Positions 35,197-49,800 of a DNA stretch of 64,000 nucleotides are shown here, one piece after another (positions within the stretch are counted from its first letter, which is position 1; each line of letters opens with the position of its first letter). The stretch spans positions 1-64,000 of the forward strand of contig JAAOMT010000627.1 in NCBI GenBank assembly GCA_016748015.1, given 5' to 3'. The DNA is from Geosiphon pyriformis uo1 (Eukaryota > Fungi > Glomeromycota). The notes below the pieces were generated by a model that was given only the letters and a program-made list of their open reading frames with translations, was not told the DNA's origin and searched no databases. Both the position numbers and the translations under genes were made by a program.

Positions 35197-38100
35197 TTAT
35201 CAATTAATTTACACTTATTATAAACAACAATTTAAAATTTGGAATAAAATTATAGCCTTTAAGAAAACATTTTTTTAATATATTAAAAACCAAATCAATG
35301 ATTATCTTTTTAAAAATTACAATATTACAAAAATCAAGTAAAGACTTTTTGAAAACTTTATCTACTACTTAAATGAAAACCCAAAAAATATTAGTGCTAA
35401 TAATTATACTATTTACTTAAAGAACTTAATTACAACATTATCAAATTTTGTCAAAAAAAATATTCTGCTAACTTACAATTTATTTTTAAACTTTAGTCTG
35501 AACTCAAAACAAGCAAAAAAAGCAAAAAAAATACTTAATTAATTTATATAATATTCAATACACCAAAAACAACTTTTCAATATTTGTAAATACTTAAACA
35601 AAGAGTTAATTCTAAACTACCACTTTTAATTATACTCTTTTCAACTTTTTTTGCATAAGCCCAAACATTGAATTTACTACTTAATTGTTTTTTAAAACCA
35701 AAGACTTTATATTATTAAAAAGCTTAATACAATAATTTGAACAAATTTTTATCAGCACAAATCTTTTTAATTACTTAGCAAAAAACTAAAGTAATTACTC
35801 TGATAACATAAGTGATAAAAAAACAATTCCTTAATTTACTAAAAAAAAACCAATAAAAACAAAAACATAATAATTAGATATATTGCAAAATTTCAGAGTT
35901 TACAAAAAAAAATGCTAACACTAGTTCTTAAAAATGGTTTTACAAAGTTTCAAAAGCAAAATATGTTAATAAATAAAATACAACAAAAATATTAAAAGCA
36001 ATTTTCTACTTTTTCTAGAAAACAACAGAAAAATAATTTGAAAACTTAAGTAAACTATTTAAAAACTAACAAATATTTAAAAATGCTTTCTTAGAACAGT
36101 TTACTAACAATAATACTCTTATTATTCTCCAAAATTAATTCTGAAATATCAAACAAAAATTCTCTAAATTTATCATGACCTATTTTAGAAAGTTTAACAA
36201 ACTTTTCTAACAAATTTACCAATTGAAAACCAATGACTATTACTTTAATGCTTAAATATTAGACCAATTTATTATTAAACTTAAGAATAAATTAATCAAA
36301 AAATTTTGTTCACATGCCTTAAAAGATTTAGCCAATGCTATTTAACATGCTAAGGCCTACAAAATAGTTATAAAAGAAGTCAACTACATAAAGCTTGTTA
36401 ATTTAGCTATTAAAAAAACCAGTTCAGCAGTTGAAAAAAATATTGATCAATTCACAAAAAAAGTTGAAAACTATTTTACAAATTAACAACAGTAATAATA
36501 ACAGAGATATTAATTATTACAACAATAAAACCAAAGCAACTTTTTATTATTATTAAACAACCAATCTCAAAGCTATTACTATTATGAGATTTTAAAACAT
36601 TAAAAATAAGATTGCCAAAAAATACAATAAAACCAGCAGCAAAAAAATAATCAACATTATTTTTAATCTTAGCAATTATATTATCAATTATTAGTATCAG
36701 CTTATTACTTATTAAAATTTTAAAACAATTATTACTAATCTGCTCTATAATCAATAAAAGAACAATATTAGCAATTTCTATAGATTTAATAATATTAATC
36801 CTCATCTGTCTAATAATATTAAATACTTGCTCAAAGATTAGTTTAATAAAACCAATTCATATTACAAAACTAATTTATAAACAACAACAAAATTAATTCC
36901 AACAATTAATTAGTTCTTTATAATATAGTTTTTTATAATATAGTTCTTTATAATATAGTTCAACAAAAATCCAATTATTTTTACACCCAACTTAACTATT
37001 TAATAATACCCAAAGAATCGAATTTTTATCAAATTGCACTTTTTAAAAGTGAAGCTGCAACACTAAAACAAAACTTTTTTAACAACAATTACACAATTTT
37101 ACCAGCTAAAATTGCCAAAAATGCCAATTTTTTCGATATTTTTTTATTTGAATTTAAAGCTATTACAAAACAAAAAGCAATTACTATTATGTATACTAAA
37201 GCAAAAGTTAAAAAAAAACCAATTCAATTAATTTTAGACTGTAAATTAACTAAAAATATTATTACTTATTAACTAATACAATAATTCAAATAAAGTATAA
37301 ACTAATCAATTTAAACTATTATTGTTATAGCTAATAATATGAAAAAAAACACCTGTAAAAAAAATCAACAATTTTTTTTTATAATTAATAAAATTACTAT
37401 TTTAATTAAAGTCTTAGTTATAGATACATCTCAATACCAAGCTTTAGTCAAAAACAATTGGCTCCTTAAAGCCAATGCAAATTTAGATTAGAAAACTTAA
37501 AAACTCAAAATTTTATATCAAGAACAATATATCTGAGTATTTGCTATATGTAATATTTTCAACAAATAATCCAAAAAAGCCCCAATATTCGAATTTGAGA
37601 AAAAAAAATTCAATTACCAAAACTTACATGATTTTTGAATTAACATTCAATTGGATTGAGAAAATAAAACAACTATTTGAAATATTTACAATACAAATAA
37701 TAATATTATGACTTAAAAAAACTAATTAACAATCTACTTTCATAATTAAATTAGTTAACAATTAGTATATTCTATATTTAAAACCAGAACCAAAAAAACA
37801 ACCATCCTATATTTTATTTAAATACAAAAATTAAAACAAAAAGCTTTTATTTATAGAAGTTTGCATATTATCCAAAAAAAATATAAAACTTATATTTGTT
37901 ATTACTGTAAAGTCTACTACAGAAAACAATTTGGCAGTCCAAAACAAAGTAAAAAATAGAATAACACAGTTTGTTTCACATATAGAAAATTACTATCTGA
38001 AAAATATATCTGAATTAATATTGTAATAAAAAGAAGAATATGTAATTAAATTTGCTAATATGTTTTATTAATTTCTAAAAAAGTCAAACAAGAAATATTT

Positions 38101-41100
38101 TTTGATGCAGCATACAATAATGTTCTTAATAAACTGTATTATTACTCATATAATACAGAAATAATTTATAAATTAGCCATAACTCTGATCAATAAAAAAA
38201 CCCAAGAAGATATTTACCAGATTAAAAAAGCAAAATACATTAAATATACTATAAAATTAGCTGGATTTGATTATAAAAATAAAATAAAAACTTACTATCA
38301 GATTACAAATTATGTATATTTAATCAAAAAAAACTCAAATTTAATAATTAAAACAAATAAACATTTAACTATGTAAAAAATATATTATGCTTTGTAATGA
38401 CCAATAGTATTCAAAATGCTATGCATTTAGTATTTTCTTGTTCAACAAAAGTAACAAATATAAAATTAAATTTGAAAAATCCAAACCAGAAAAAAAAATG
38501 TCAACAATTCTAATCTATCTTACTAAAAATCAGTCTGCCATATGACTTAGATATTTTAACAACAATAAACAAAAAATTAAACCAAAAAAAGCCCATAAAA
38601 TTAATACTAAATATAACTTACAATATTTTGATAAAAATACTTTGGTTTTTTAACTTAAATCCTTGACAAAAATCAATATTAAAATTTTATTAAAAGCAAT
38701 AATTCAAATTGCTTTTTAATTATTTTTAACCAGCAAAAAAATCAATATTAGAAAAGAAGTTATAGATGTAAAATATACTGAAAATATTACAATTATGTTA
38801 CAAAATGAAACTAAAAAACCATTTAAAATCAAACATGCTAAAAAAATTGTTCAAGCTATTTATCTATTTTTAATCAATATTTTGGATTTGTAATCAATTA
38901 ATTACAGAGAACAATTAGACAAAAATAAAAAAAACCTAAGATTTTGGTTCAACTAGATGATTTATAGTTTTAGTTAACATAGTTCTTAATGCACAAAATT
39001 AATCTTACCAGATTCTTTAATTTTACAATTAATTATTATCTTATCTTTTAGAAAACATCAAAAAATTTACATCTGTCCAAAACTTACTACCATACAACAA
39101 ATTTTCGAATTTAATAAACAGATTTGCAAAAAACATAACATTTTAATACTAAATGTTTATATTTCTAAGAAAATAAAAAAATTTTAAGTAATTTTAACAA
39201 CTATCTTATTATTTTATTAAATAAATTAGAAATTGAAATCATAAATAATAATATCTTTCAAAAAAAAATCTCTTAAATTGTTTCAAATTTTATTAAAATT
39301 GTAAAATATATACTATTCTTAAATCTAAATATTATTTTTATTATTAAAAATTATTATATTATTGAGAAAACACTTTCTCAAATTAATATAAGTTCCTTAG
39401 AACTTTTATAACAAAAACAACTAAAGCAATTTATTGTAAAATATGCTAATATATTCATTAAAAATAATAATAATCTTGGAAAAACTAACATTGTATAACA
39501 TCAAATCTATATAGAAGATATTCTACTAAAATGCCAATAGGTTTATTAAGTTTTACCAGCCAGCCACCAATTTATTAAAAAAAAATCTAACAAATACTTA
39601 ATAATAATTTTATCTAATCATCCAAAAGCCTCTGAATCTTATCAGTAGTTCTTATAAAAAAAAATAAAAAAATTTGATTTTGTGTTAACTATTATTAACT
39701 AAATAATATTACAATTAAAGATATATACTTCTTACTTATAGATATTGTATATAAAAGACTTTTATAACAATCAGTAATTGTTTATTTTGATAATACTAAT
39801 ATCTATTCTCTAATATTTAAAGCCTATCTTATTTATCTGTAAAAAGTTTTTTAACAATTACAAAAAACAGGACTAAAGCTTAATATTAAAAAATACCACT
39901 TTAAAAAAACAAGTTTAATTTTTCTTGAACATATTGTTAACAAAGATAAAATCTAATTCAATTCGGAAATTATTAGTATTGTAAAAAAAACTTTTAAATT
40001 TCTTATAATACTACTAAATTAAGAGGATTTATAAGATTAACCTCTTATTATTATAAATTTATCAAAAAATTTTCTAAAATTGCCAAATTTTTTAACTATC
40101 TAGTCAATAAAAATGTAGAATACTAATAAACTTCAGTTCAATAAAAAGTTTTTGACACTCTAAAAAAAAAATTACTACTTTAGTTCTTGCTTACTCAGAC
40201 TTTAACAAATAATTCCAAATAATTACTAATATTATATAAACAGTATTTAATACTATCTTATTATAATTAAATAATAATAACAATAAGCAAGTTATTATTT
40301 ATATTAGTAGAACATTCAAATTCACTGAAATAAAATATGGCTCAACTAAATTAAAAGCAATTGCTGTTATCTGGACTTTTAAATACTTTTAATAATGCCT
40401 ATAAAAAAGAAAAAAATTTGATATTATTATTGACAACATTAGTCTTAAATAGTTTAACAAAAAAAGTTTTAAAAAACTTAGTGTCAAACAATTTTAATAG
40501 ACTGATTTTCTAGTCAATTACAAATATATTGTTTACTATAAACTTGAAAGATTACATACCAATATTAATAGTCTTTTAAAAATAAGACAAAATTAATATT
40601 AATACCAATTCTATTATTATTTACTAGTTTAATAATAATAAACAATCAATAAACAATAGATTCTGAAAACTACAACAACATTAAAACCTATTTAGAGATT
40701 CTTACTATGCCAGAAAATTGGTTTTCAATCAAAAAACATTAACTATAATACTAATTAAAACAATATTTTCTTTACTATAACAAAATTTATTATTAAAATT
40801 GTAGAAATTTAATTAATTTATTCAGATTAATTCAAGAAAATAAAAAAAAATTATTCTTTACAATATGTATACTAATCTATTATCAGTATACTTAGAAAGA
40901 AATAAAACAATTTAAAAAACACTTGAACATTATTTTTGGTATTATATATAAAAAAACATTTAACAATACATGGAATCTTGTGATAATTGTTAAAAAAAAA
41001 AAACTTATTTCACTAAACTTTTAAATTTAATTAAAGTTGGACAATTCTTTAATAGAATAAAAATTGATTTAGTTAGACTATTATTAATTACTATTTAAGA

Positions 41101-43117
41101 AAATTATTATATTGTAATTATAGTAAATTATCTTATTAAATAATCTAAAACCAAAATTATCCAAAGAGCAAATACAAAATTAGTAGCAAATTTTATCTAC
41201 AAAGACATTATTTATAGACATAGATGTTTAATTAAACTTTTATTCAATTAAAAAACATATTTTACAAACAATTTGATACAAAAAATTTGTGAACAATTCA
41301 ATATTAAAAAACAATTATTATCATTTTATTACTTATAAACAAATAAATTAGTAAAATAATTTAATTAAACAACTAGTTAAAGTTTCAACCAATTTTAAAC
41401 AGAATAGATTTTTATTTTATTAGTATTACTAGCTTATAGAACACTAAAACAAAATACAATAAAGCACATATTATTTAATCTAATCTACAGAAAAACAGCA
41501 ATATTACCAATTAATTTTACAGTAGAAACATATTTAGTATAATTAATTATAAAATAACTTTTAAGAAACACTTTAATAAAGAGCCTATATTCTTTTTAGT
41601 ATTTTTAAAAAAAAAAAAATTGCAGCCATTTATATTGAACACTCTTAAGCTTAACAAAAAGAACAGCATAATAACAAATTACTACCAGCCATTAACAAAT
41701 TCAAAGTTAAAAATAAAGTTTTCTTATACAAAATTAAGACTAAAAAACAATAAAGTAGAAAATTTGATTATAAATAGGATGAATCATTTTATATTCATAA
41801 AACTTTAGGCAATAAATTATATAAATTAAGATTTAATAACAAAATTTTAACAAAAGTTATACATAAAAATTAATTAAAACACTATTATTTCAGAAGCAAT
41901 TCTAAATTGTTAATTTTACAAATTAGTATACATTCCTTTTTAATTAATTCCAAAAATATTCTTTGAAATTTATAACCAATAGTTATAATAGAACAACCAA
42001 ATCTGAATATTCAAATTATTTATATTAGTAATTTCTTTAAAAATAACTACAACAAAAAATAACCAACTTAAAAATATATAAAAACTTTTATATTCAAAAA
42101 TTATTATTTTTAATTTTTATTTTATTTTATAATACTTATTCACCAAAACATTTAACAAATATTTCAAAAATTAATGTTAGCTTTAAAAATACTTTCTAAC
42201 TTATTCATAATAATTAATAAAAATCAAATCAATTATATTTAGAAAAAAACTACAGTTCCAGTAATAAATAATTTGCAGAATTATTACTTTTATAGAAAAA
42301 AGCACAAAAAATTATTTTGGAAATTACTTAACAGAATTTTTAAAGCAAGCTTTAAAAAAAATCTATTGTTTACTTCTATTAACATTTATCAAATTTTACA
42401 ATACAACAAAAATTTTAAATGTGTTTTAACAAAAACAATAAATATATCCCAATTTATCAAGATTTTTAAATTAAAAAAACACTATACTAACAAAAACTAA
42501 AACTTAAAACAACTAATTTATTTTCAAAGCTATACAAAAACAAATTTAAAACAAATTCAAAACAACAATTGGACTAATAAATGTTCATTACAAACTCAAA
42601 ACAGTTTTTAGACTTTATAACTTATTTAATATTTGCAAAAATATCTTATAAAATTCAATACTTTAACTAATAAAGATACAATATATTGGCAAGTTCACAG
42701 AACTGAAATTTTAATAATTTTTACACCAAATTATTTCAATAATACTGAATTATTATCTAGAAATTATGGTTAGTATTTGTACTTTAATAAAGCTTAGTTT
42801 TAAGAAAAAAATTATGTTACCAGTAAAATTTTAGCCATTAATTAACATAAAATTACTCTTATAATTTATATTATTAATTAACATATTATTATTATTACAA
42901 TTATTATGTATTATTTAATCAAATTATCAAATATTATTATCTAATTAATAATTCAATTTGTACAATACACATATTGTGATAATTAAATCATACAATATAC
43001 CAAATTCTATAATATTCAAAAATTTGCTGAAATTTGTAAAATTTTGCAAAATAATTTAATAATTTACTAAAATTATTCATAGTTTATAGAAATAACTTGT
43101 AGTTTGTTAAAATGTAT

Positions 43118-43640
43118 TGTTATAAGTGATTATTTAAAATGTTAGAACAAATAACAAATCTGTAACTTAGTGCTCAATAATTGCTATGATTGGTAATATC
43201 TAAAGATTTTTGAAGTCTGAAGGTTTTAATAGAGTCTTTGTATAATAAACAGAAATTTAATTGATGGTTTTTTTTGTGAATTTTTTTTTAGCATAGTGGC
43301 TGATTTAATCTGGTAGTCATATCTTTCTGGTAAATTATCCTTAAATTTCTACTTTTATTATAGGTCTTTTACCAGGCTATCCTTAACTTCAAAATACTTA
43401 GCACTTAATTTCTTTAATCAGTTAGTAAAACAATAAAATACAACAAAAAAATAAAATAAAATAAAATAAAATAAAATAAAATAAAAAAAAGTAAAAGAAA
43501 ATAAGAAATTAATATTCTGTTAATAGCTGTAATTAAGAGCTATTGGTCCAATGTAGTTAAGTATTAGATTCTATCAACATGGAATGTTGATAAAGTAGAA
43601 ACAATTAATATTTTTTAATCAAGTGATAATAATATAGATT
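43118..43640 (-). repeat. Family-B-like LTR fragment inserted in the 3' LTR of A'
   Basis: Starts TGTTATAAGTGATTATT...AATAACAAATCTGTAAC like 9559 and 18854. Contains (AAAAT)n at 43451-43485. Right end unclear. Confidence 0.75.
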
Positions 43641-43849
43641 CAGGTAATAATTAATATTTTATTAATATATAGTTAATAGTTTAGTTAAAATTGTAAATAT
43701 TAAAAAAGATAATATAAAAAACTGCTTTAATTAAAAAAAAATTATGACATTTATGTATATAATTTGAAAAATTTTGTTAAATAATCCAAATAAATTGCTG
43801 TTAGATTTGAAATTGTGGATTTTTTTATTAGGTCTTTAATTATAAATGT

Positions 43850-46800
43850 ACTAAAATTAATAACGTAATTAAATATTATTTTTAAAATAATAAAGTTGAT
43901 TACAAAAAAAATATTATTAATAAGATATTTGATTTAGAGAATTTAAAAAATATATTAATAAAAAAACCAGCTTTATTAATCTAAATAATTTAAACAGCAA
44001 CAAACTTATAAATAAAGTTATATCAAAAAACATTTGCATTAAAATTTATAATTTGATAATATCTTTTAAGAAATTATTTTTTAATATATTAAATAACAAT
44101 AAAATTTTCAATATACTATTATTTATATTTATTGGTATTAAAGTGTTTATAACTACAAAAACCAAAAAAAACCAAAGTTTTTGAACTGGTTAAGTTATTT
44201 ATATTAAATATTGGTTTTACTGTAATTTTTAACAAGTTTTTAAGTGAGAAAGTTAAATTTGTTAAAAACTTTTTTACCAAATCAATAATTGTAAAAAAAC
44301 ATTAACTTTTCAAAATTTTAAGATATTATTAAATTTATATTCATGTTTAAAATTAATCTAAAAGCTGCTAAGCAACTAGCTGTAAATATAAATATTATAG
44401 TTAATATTAGATTAAATTAAAAAGTTATTAAAAAATTCTGGTTGATCTGCTCAAATTGGTTCTTAAATTAATATTAGTTATATATAAAACTATAAATCTA
44501 TTAAAATATAACTCATTAATTTTTGGCAGAAAGCATTAGTTAAATTTAATAAAATAAGAATTGCTAATTTAGTTGTTTCTAAATAATTAATTTTGTTGAA
44601 CAAAAACTCTATTTATATAACTAAAACCAATAATAATAAATAAACATAAGATTTAAGAAACTGCTATTATATTTTTCTATATACTCTGTTAATAGATATT
44701 ATTATTTATGATTTTTTTGATTATTTATTGTTTTATAATAAAAAAACATGCTTTATTTTATAAAATTCTGTAATATACACATATGTATATTGTGTTGTTA
44801 TGTATTTTAAATCTGCTAATGCCAAAAATACTATTGTCTATTCAATTTTAGTTTTTAAAGATATAAGTCTAATTTGGGCTGGTTTGTTAACTTCTGTATA
44901 TGTTAAGTATAAGAAATATGATCATATTTTTAATTTTTATGAACTAAATTTAAAATTTTTTGGTCAAAATTTGAAAAAAAATTCTTTGATTCTGACAAAA
45001 AATGTTTTGTTTTTATCTATACTAAAAAACAAGCTTTAATTTTTTACTCAATGTTTTTTAATAATACTACTTGAACTTTTGTTATAAGTGGTATCTTAAA
45101 TAATCTTTTATTTATATAATTAATTAGTATTCTTTTAATAAGACTTTTGTTTGATATGCCCAATAATGTTTTTGTAGTTTTGACTTTGTTTTTTTGACTA
45201 AATGTTTTAAAACATTTCTTGAAACTCTTAATAAACTATATGATCGAAATTTTTCTTAAATTAAATAATTTTTATTTATTAATGTTTTTTCGAAATGTTA
45301 AAATATTATTCATGTAAATTGCTAAGTCAAATTTAAATCTGGCTATTAATATGTTATTATAGATTTTTTTAAGTATTATTAAATAATACTGTTATGTTAA
45401 GAAATATTTTTTCTAATGGATTCAAAATCTTAACCACCAAAATTAGCAGCTTAAAAGCTAATATAACAGTTTTAGAGAATTTAATTAAAACAATTTTGAA
45501 TAATTAAAGTTTTTTTGTTTAAATAATAATATAGCTACTTCTTTTTGTCTTTAATAAATAGCAAAATTTGAAAAATAGCTACATATATTATTAAAAATAT
45601 AAATGTTTTCTAAGCAAAATATTATTATTAAATAGTATAAAGAATTAAAAAATAATATTTTAATTGTTATTAAAACTAAGTTTTATTCTAATATTAAATT
45701 ATGAATTATAAATAAGTTTATAAGTATAAAAATGTTTACTTTTAGTTTGAATTCAAATTATTTAAATGCTAATATTGCTTTAATTGTGAATAAATACTTA
45801 ATTAAACATATTTTAAAAATTTTGAAAATTTTTAATAGACTTTTAATAATTTGTTTATTGTTTAAAAACAAATATTTAGTTTTTATTTTAGATTTATATA
45901 CAAAAACATCTATAAAAAAATATTTAGATTAAACAATTATTATTAATTTTGTTATAGTTAATATATTCAATAAGAGTATTTTTGTTATTTTGAAAGATAA
46001 TTTTAATAAAAATAGTATTAAATACAATGCTAATTTCAAAAAATATGTAAATTTAAACTTAATTTTTTAATATGTAGTTTATTTGTTAAGTTTTTTATAT
46101 AAAAAAATTCTAAAGATATTAAAAAAACTATTGATTTCATTTTTATTTCAACTTGGTAAATACATTAACTAATAAAAAAATTACATATATAGATAAATTT
46201 TTTAATATTGATCATATTATTATTGGTTTTGGTGATTTTTTGAATATAATTTTAAGAATTTTTTATATACAAACCAATAAAAATCGATAAAAATTCAATA
46301 TAAAAAATATTAATAAAGTAAAATAAAAATTGTTTAAAGTTTTAATGTTTAATATTGTTATTATATATACTAATAATTTTATTGCTATAAAGAGATTTTT
46401 AATTATAAATAGAATATAAAATATTGTTTATAAAATAGTTTGCTTTTTAATAAATAAGATATTTTTTAAGTTCTAATTCAAAAAATATAATAGTATTTTT
46501 ACCAAATTTTTATCTTGTTTTCACAAATTAGAAACTTTGGTTTTTAAGTTAGTTAAAATATTTTATTTAATCTTAAGTAACATATTTACTTTGCTTTTGA
46601 AACTTTGGCTCTTTTTTAATATTAATAATGTTTCTAAAATAGTAGTATTTGTTAATTCAAATATTTATTTTAATATCATTTAGTTTGCTTTATCAAAAAC
46701 TAAGAAATCATATCAAATTTTAAAAATGATAAAATTTTAGTGTATTAAAAAAATATATATTAAGTTTGTTATTAATAAAAGAATAAAAAGTTTTAAGATA

Positions 46801-49800
46801 AATAAAAATCATATAATTTGAAGTATTTTAGAACATTTTTTTTACAAAGTAATATTAAATTATTTGGTGGTTAATGAAAAACTGATATTAAAACTTGAAT
46901 TAATTAAATTTATGATAAATATAATTATAAAAAATTGGACAAGAAAGCACAAAGTGTTAAAAAAGATGTTAAAATATAATATTAACAGTATTTTTTATTG
47001 AATTGTGTTTTTAATGATGTTTTTTTTGGTGTTATGTATTCTATTAGTTCTGATGAATTGTTAAGTATAATAATAAATTTGCTTGATAAAAAAGCAGCTG
47101 GTTTTTTTGGTATTTTAAATAAGTTGTAAAAATATTGTAATAAAATAATAATAAATATAGTTTTAAATTTTATAAACTTTTGTTTAGTGCACAAATTTTT
47201 TATTTAATCTTAAAAAAAAGTTTGGGTTTTAATAATTCTTAAGTTGTATGAATAAAAAAGTGTTTTAATAAATATGTAGTCTATTACTCTAATTAAAACA
47301 ATTAAGAAAGCTTTTTTTAAAATTTTATTTAATAGAATTTTTTTTAGTATATAGTAAGTTTAATGTTTTTTATGGCAATAATTTCTTAGTATTAAAAGAT
47401 ATAACAACATAATTTCCTATATTTATAATTAAATTAATAATAAAAAATATTTTGGAAAAAAATTATAAACTTTGATTGGTTTTGCAAAATATATATAAAA
47501 CATATAATTTTGTAAATTAAGAAATATTTGAAAAATATCTTAAAAAAAATCAAAATATATAATAGATTTTTTAAATTTTTTGATAGTATTTACAATGATT
47601 ATATTAACCAGATTATAATTAATTTTGGTTTAATAGATAACTATTATATTTATAATAAATTAAATTAAAGCAAAGTTTTTTTTCTTTTTTTTGGTATATC
47701 TTTTATAATTTTTATTTATGTAAAATCAAAAAACAAAAAAATATATGCAGTTATAGAATTAATTTTAAATTTGTTGTTAAAACTAATTAAATTAAAGCCC
47801 AAGTAGATATAATATTATTTCTTGTTATTAATGTTTTTATTAATAATACAATTTAAATAAGAAGCAATTAAATTATAATTCAGTATATTTTGAATATTAC
47901 AAATGAATTTTTTCGGATTAATAATATTTTAATTAATAATAATAAGACAGTAATTATTTTTATAAATCATAAAGTTGAAGTTTTTTCTTTAATAATTAGT
48001 AATTTGTCTATTTTAATTGCCAAATAAGAAGAAATTTATAAGTATTTAAGTATTTTTGTGTTTACAAATGATTTGTTAAGATTCAGTTTAATTAAAATTT
48101 ATGCAGATGTTAAGTTTTTTACAGACAAAATCTTAAAAAAAATTATTATTAACAAACAGTTTCTCTATTTGGTTTTAACAGTTTTACATTCTATTATTAT
48201 TTATAAAATCTTGTTTAATTTCATTTTAGTTGGTGTATATAATAAATAAAACAGTTTGGTTTATAAAAATTTAAAGTTTAAAATTAGTTTATTATTGAAT
48301 TTTTTAATAATATAATTTATTATTCTTTTTTATATGATTTAAATATTTTTAAGCAGATACAAACTGAGTACAAGTTGGCTTTTTTTTTTATTTTTCGAAT
48401 GCTGATAATATTGTAAAGCAGTTATCTGGTCATAGATCTTTGAATCTTTAAATATTAAATTAGTTTTTCTGTTATTTTTTGTTTTTTTTAATTTATTTTT
48501 GTGTTAATTTAGTTAACAATTTTTTGGCTAGTATAATTAAAATCTTTGATAATATTACTAATAAAATTTTAATTATATAATAAAATTACTTTTATAATTT
48601 CTATTATTAATTAACATATATTAATATTATTTCAATTATTACTTATTATTTAATTAAATTACTATTTAATTAATAATTCAATTTGTATAATAGAAATTAG
48701 AATAATCAAATAACATAATATTTCGAACTATGTAATATTTAAGAATTTGCAGAAATTTGCAGAAATTTACTAAAATAATAAATAATTTATCAAAATAATT
48801 TGTAGTTTGTTAAAATATATCTTTAATTTATTAAAATTATAGCAAAAAGAAAAGTTCAAGTTTATAGACTAGTATTATAATAAATTGTATAAAAAAAAGC
48901 TTTTTTCTTCAAAAAAATATATCATTAATTGAATTTTAGTATCAATTTTACATTAAAATTATTTCTATATATACAAAAATAAAAATATCAAATATTTTGA
49001 AAACCAAATTCCTTAATTATTATACTTGAAATTCTCTAAAACTTAATTATATTTTAAAATTAATTAGCTATTAATTTCAGTAATCTATTAATGATTCTAA
49101 GCCTGAATAGAAAATGATTTCTTTAACAAAATACTGTTTTTTTTATATTTTTTATATTTTTTTTTACTTTTCTTATTATAATTATTAAAGTAATCTACAA
49201 ATAAGATTCTTATAAAAAAATTGACTTTTACAGCAAAATAACTACATATTTAGTAAGCTTTCAGACAAGTAATTTTTAAAAAAGAGTTGACATTTACTAC
49301 AATATAACTATATAAAGTAACTAACATAAAATTACCTATTCTACTTATAAGTCCAGTAGTTTAAATTATAAGAGATAATTTGAAAATAAATTCAGTTATT
49401 GGAAATTTAACTACTTTTAAAAAACATGAATTTATAACAAACAAGTATTAACAACATTCAAGAAAAAAAACCAAAAATTTTTATTAACAATAATTATAAT
49501 TTGTTCTAAATAATATTTTGTCTTTAGTATTTTAATTTTTTAGAAGTATTTCAATATCTGTAGTTTTTGATAGTTCTGTTTTTTTCAAAATTTATTATTT
49601 GATTAAATATTTTGGCATTGTTTTTATTAAATAGCTATATAATAAAAATAGTAAAATTTTTAACTAAAAAAACTTTAAGCATTAGAAGTATTATTATTTT
49701 CATGGTTTGGTTCTTATATAATTCTTATTAATAATAGCATATTTAAGTGTTTTTATAAATTAATAGTCTTTTTTATTTTCTATAAAAAATATTTAACTTT

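Larger units (their letters stand above)
8482..43117 (+). mobile_element. Old family-A Gypsy element (A'): 5' LTR 8482-9441, PBS ~9444-9460, internal 9442-9525 + 35201-42814, partial 3' LTR 42815-43117; hosts element C
   Basis: LTR homology to 2540-3516 and TGGTG-type PBS after the 5' LTR. Degenerate gag ~36000-36700, protease ~37180-37550, Cys-rich region ~37800-38450, dUTPase ~38590-38960, RT ~39470-40050, integrase ~40850-42000, ORF3 ~42130-42800. The 3' part is colinear with 1-2540. Confidence 0.82.
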
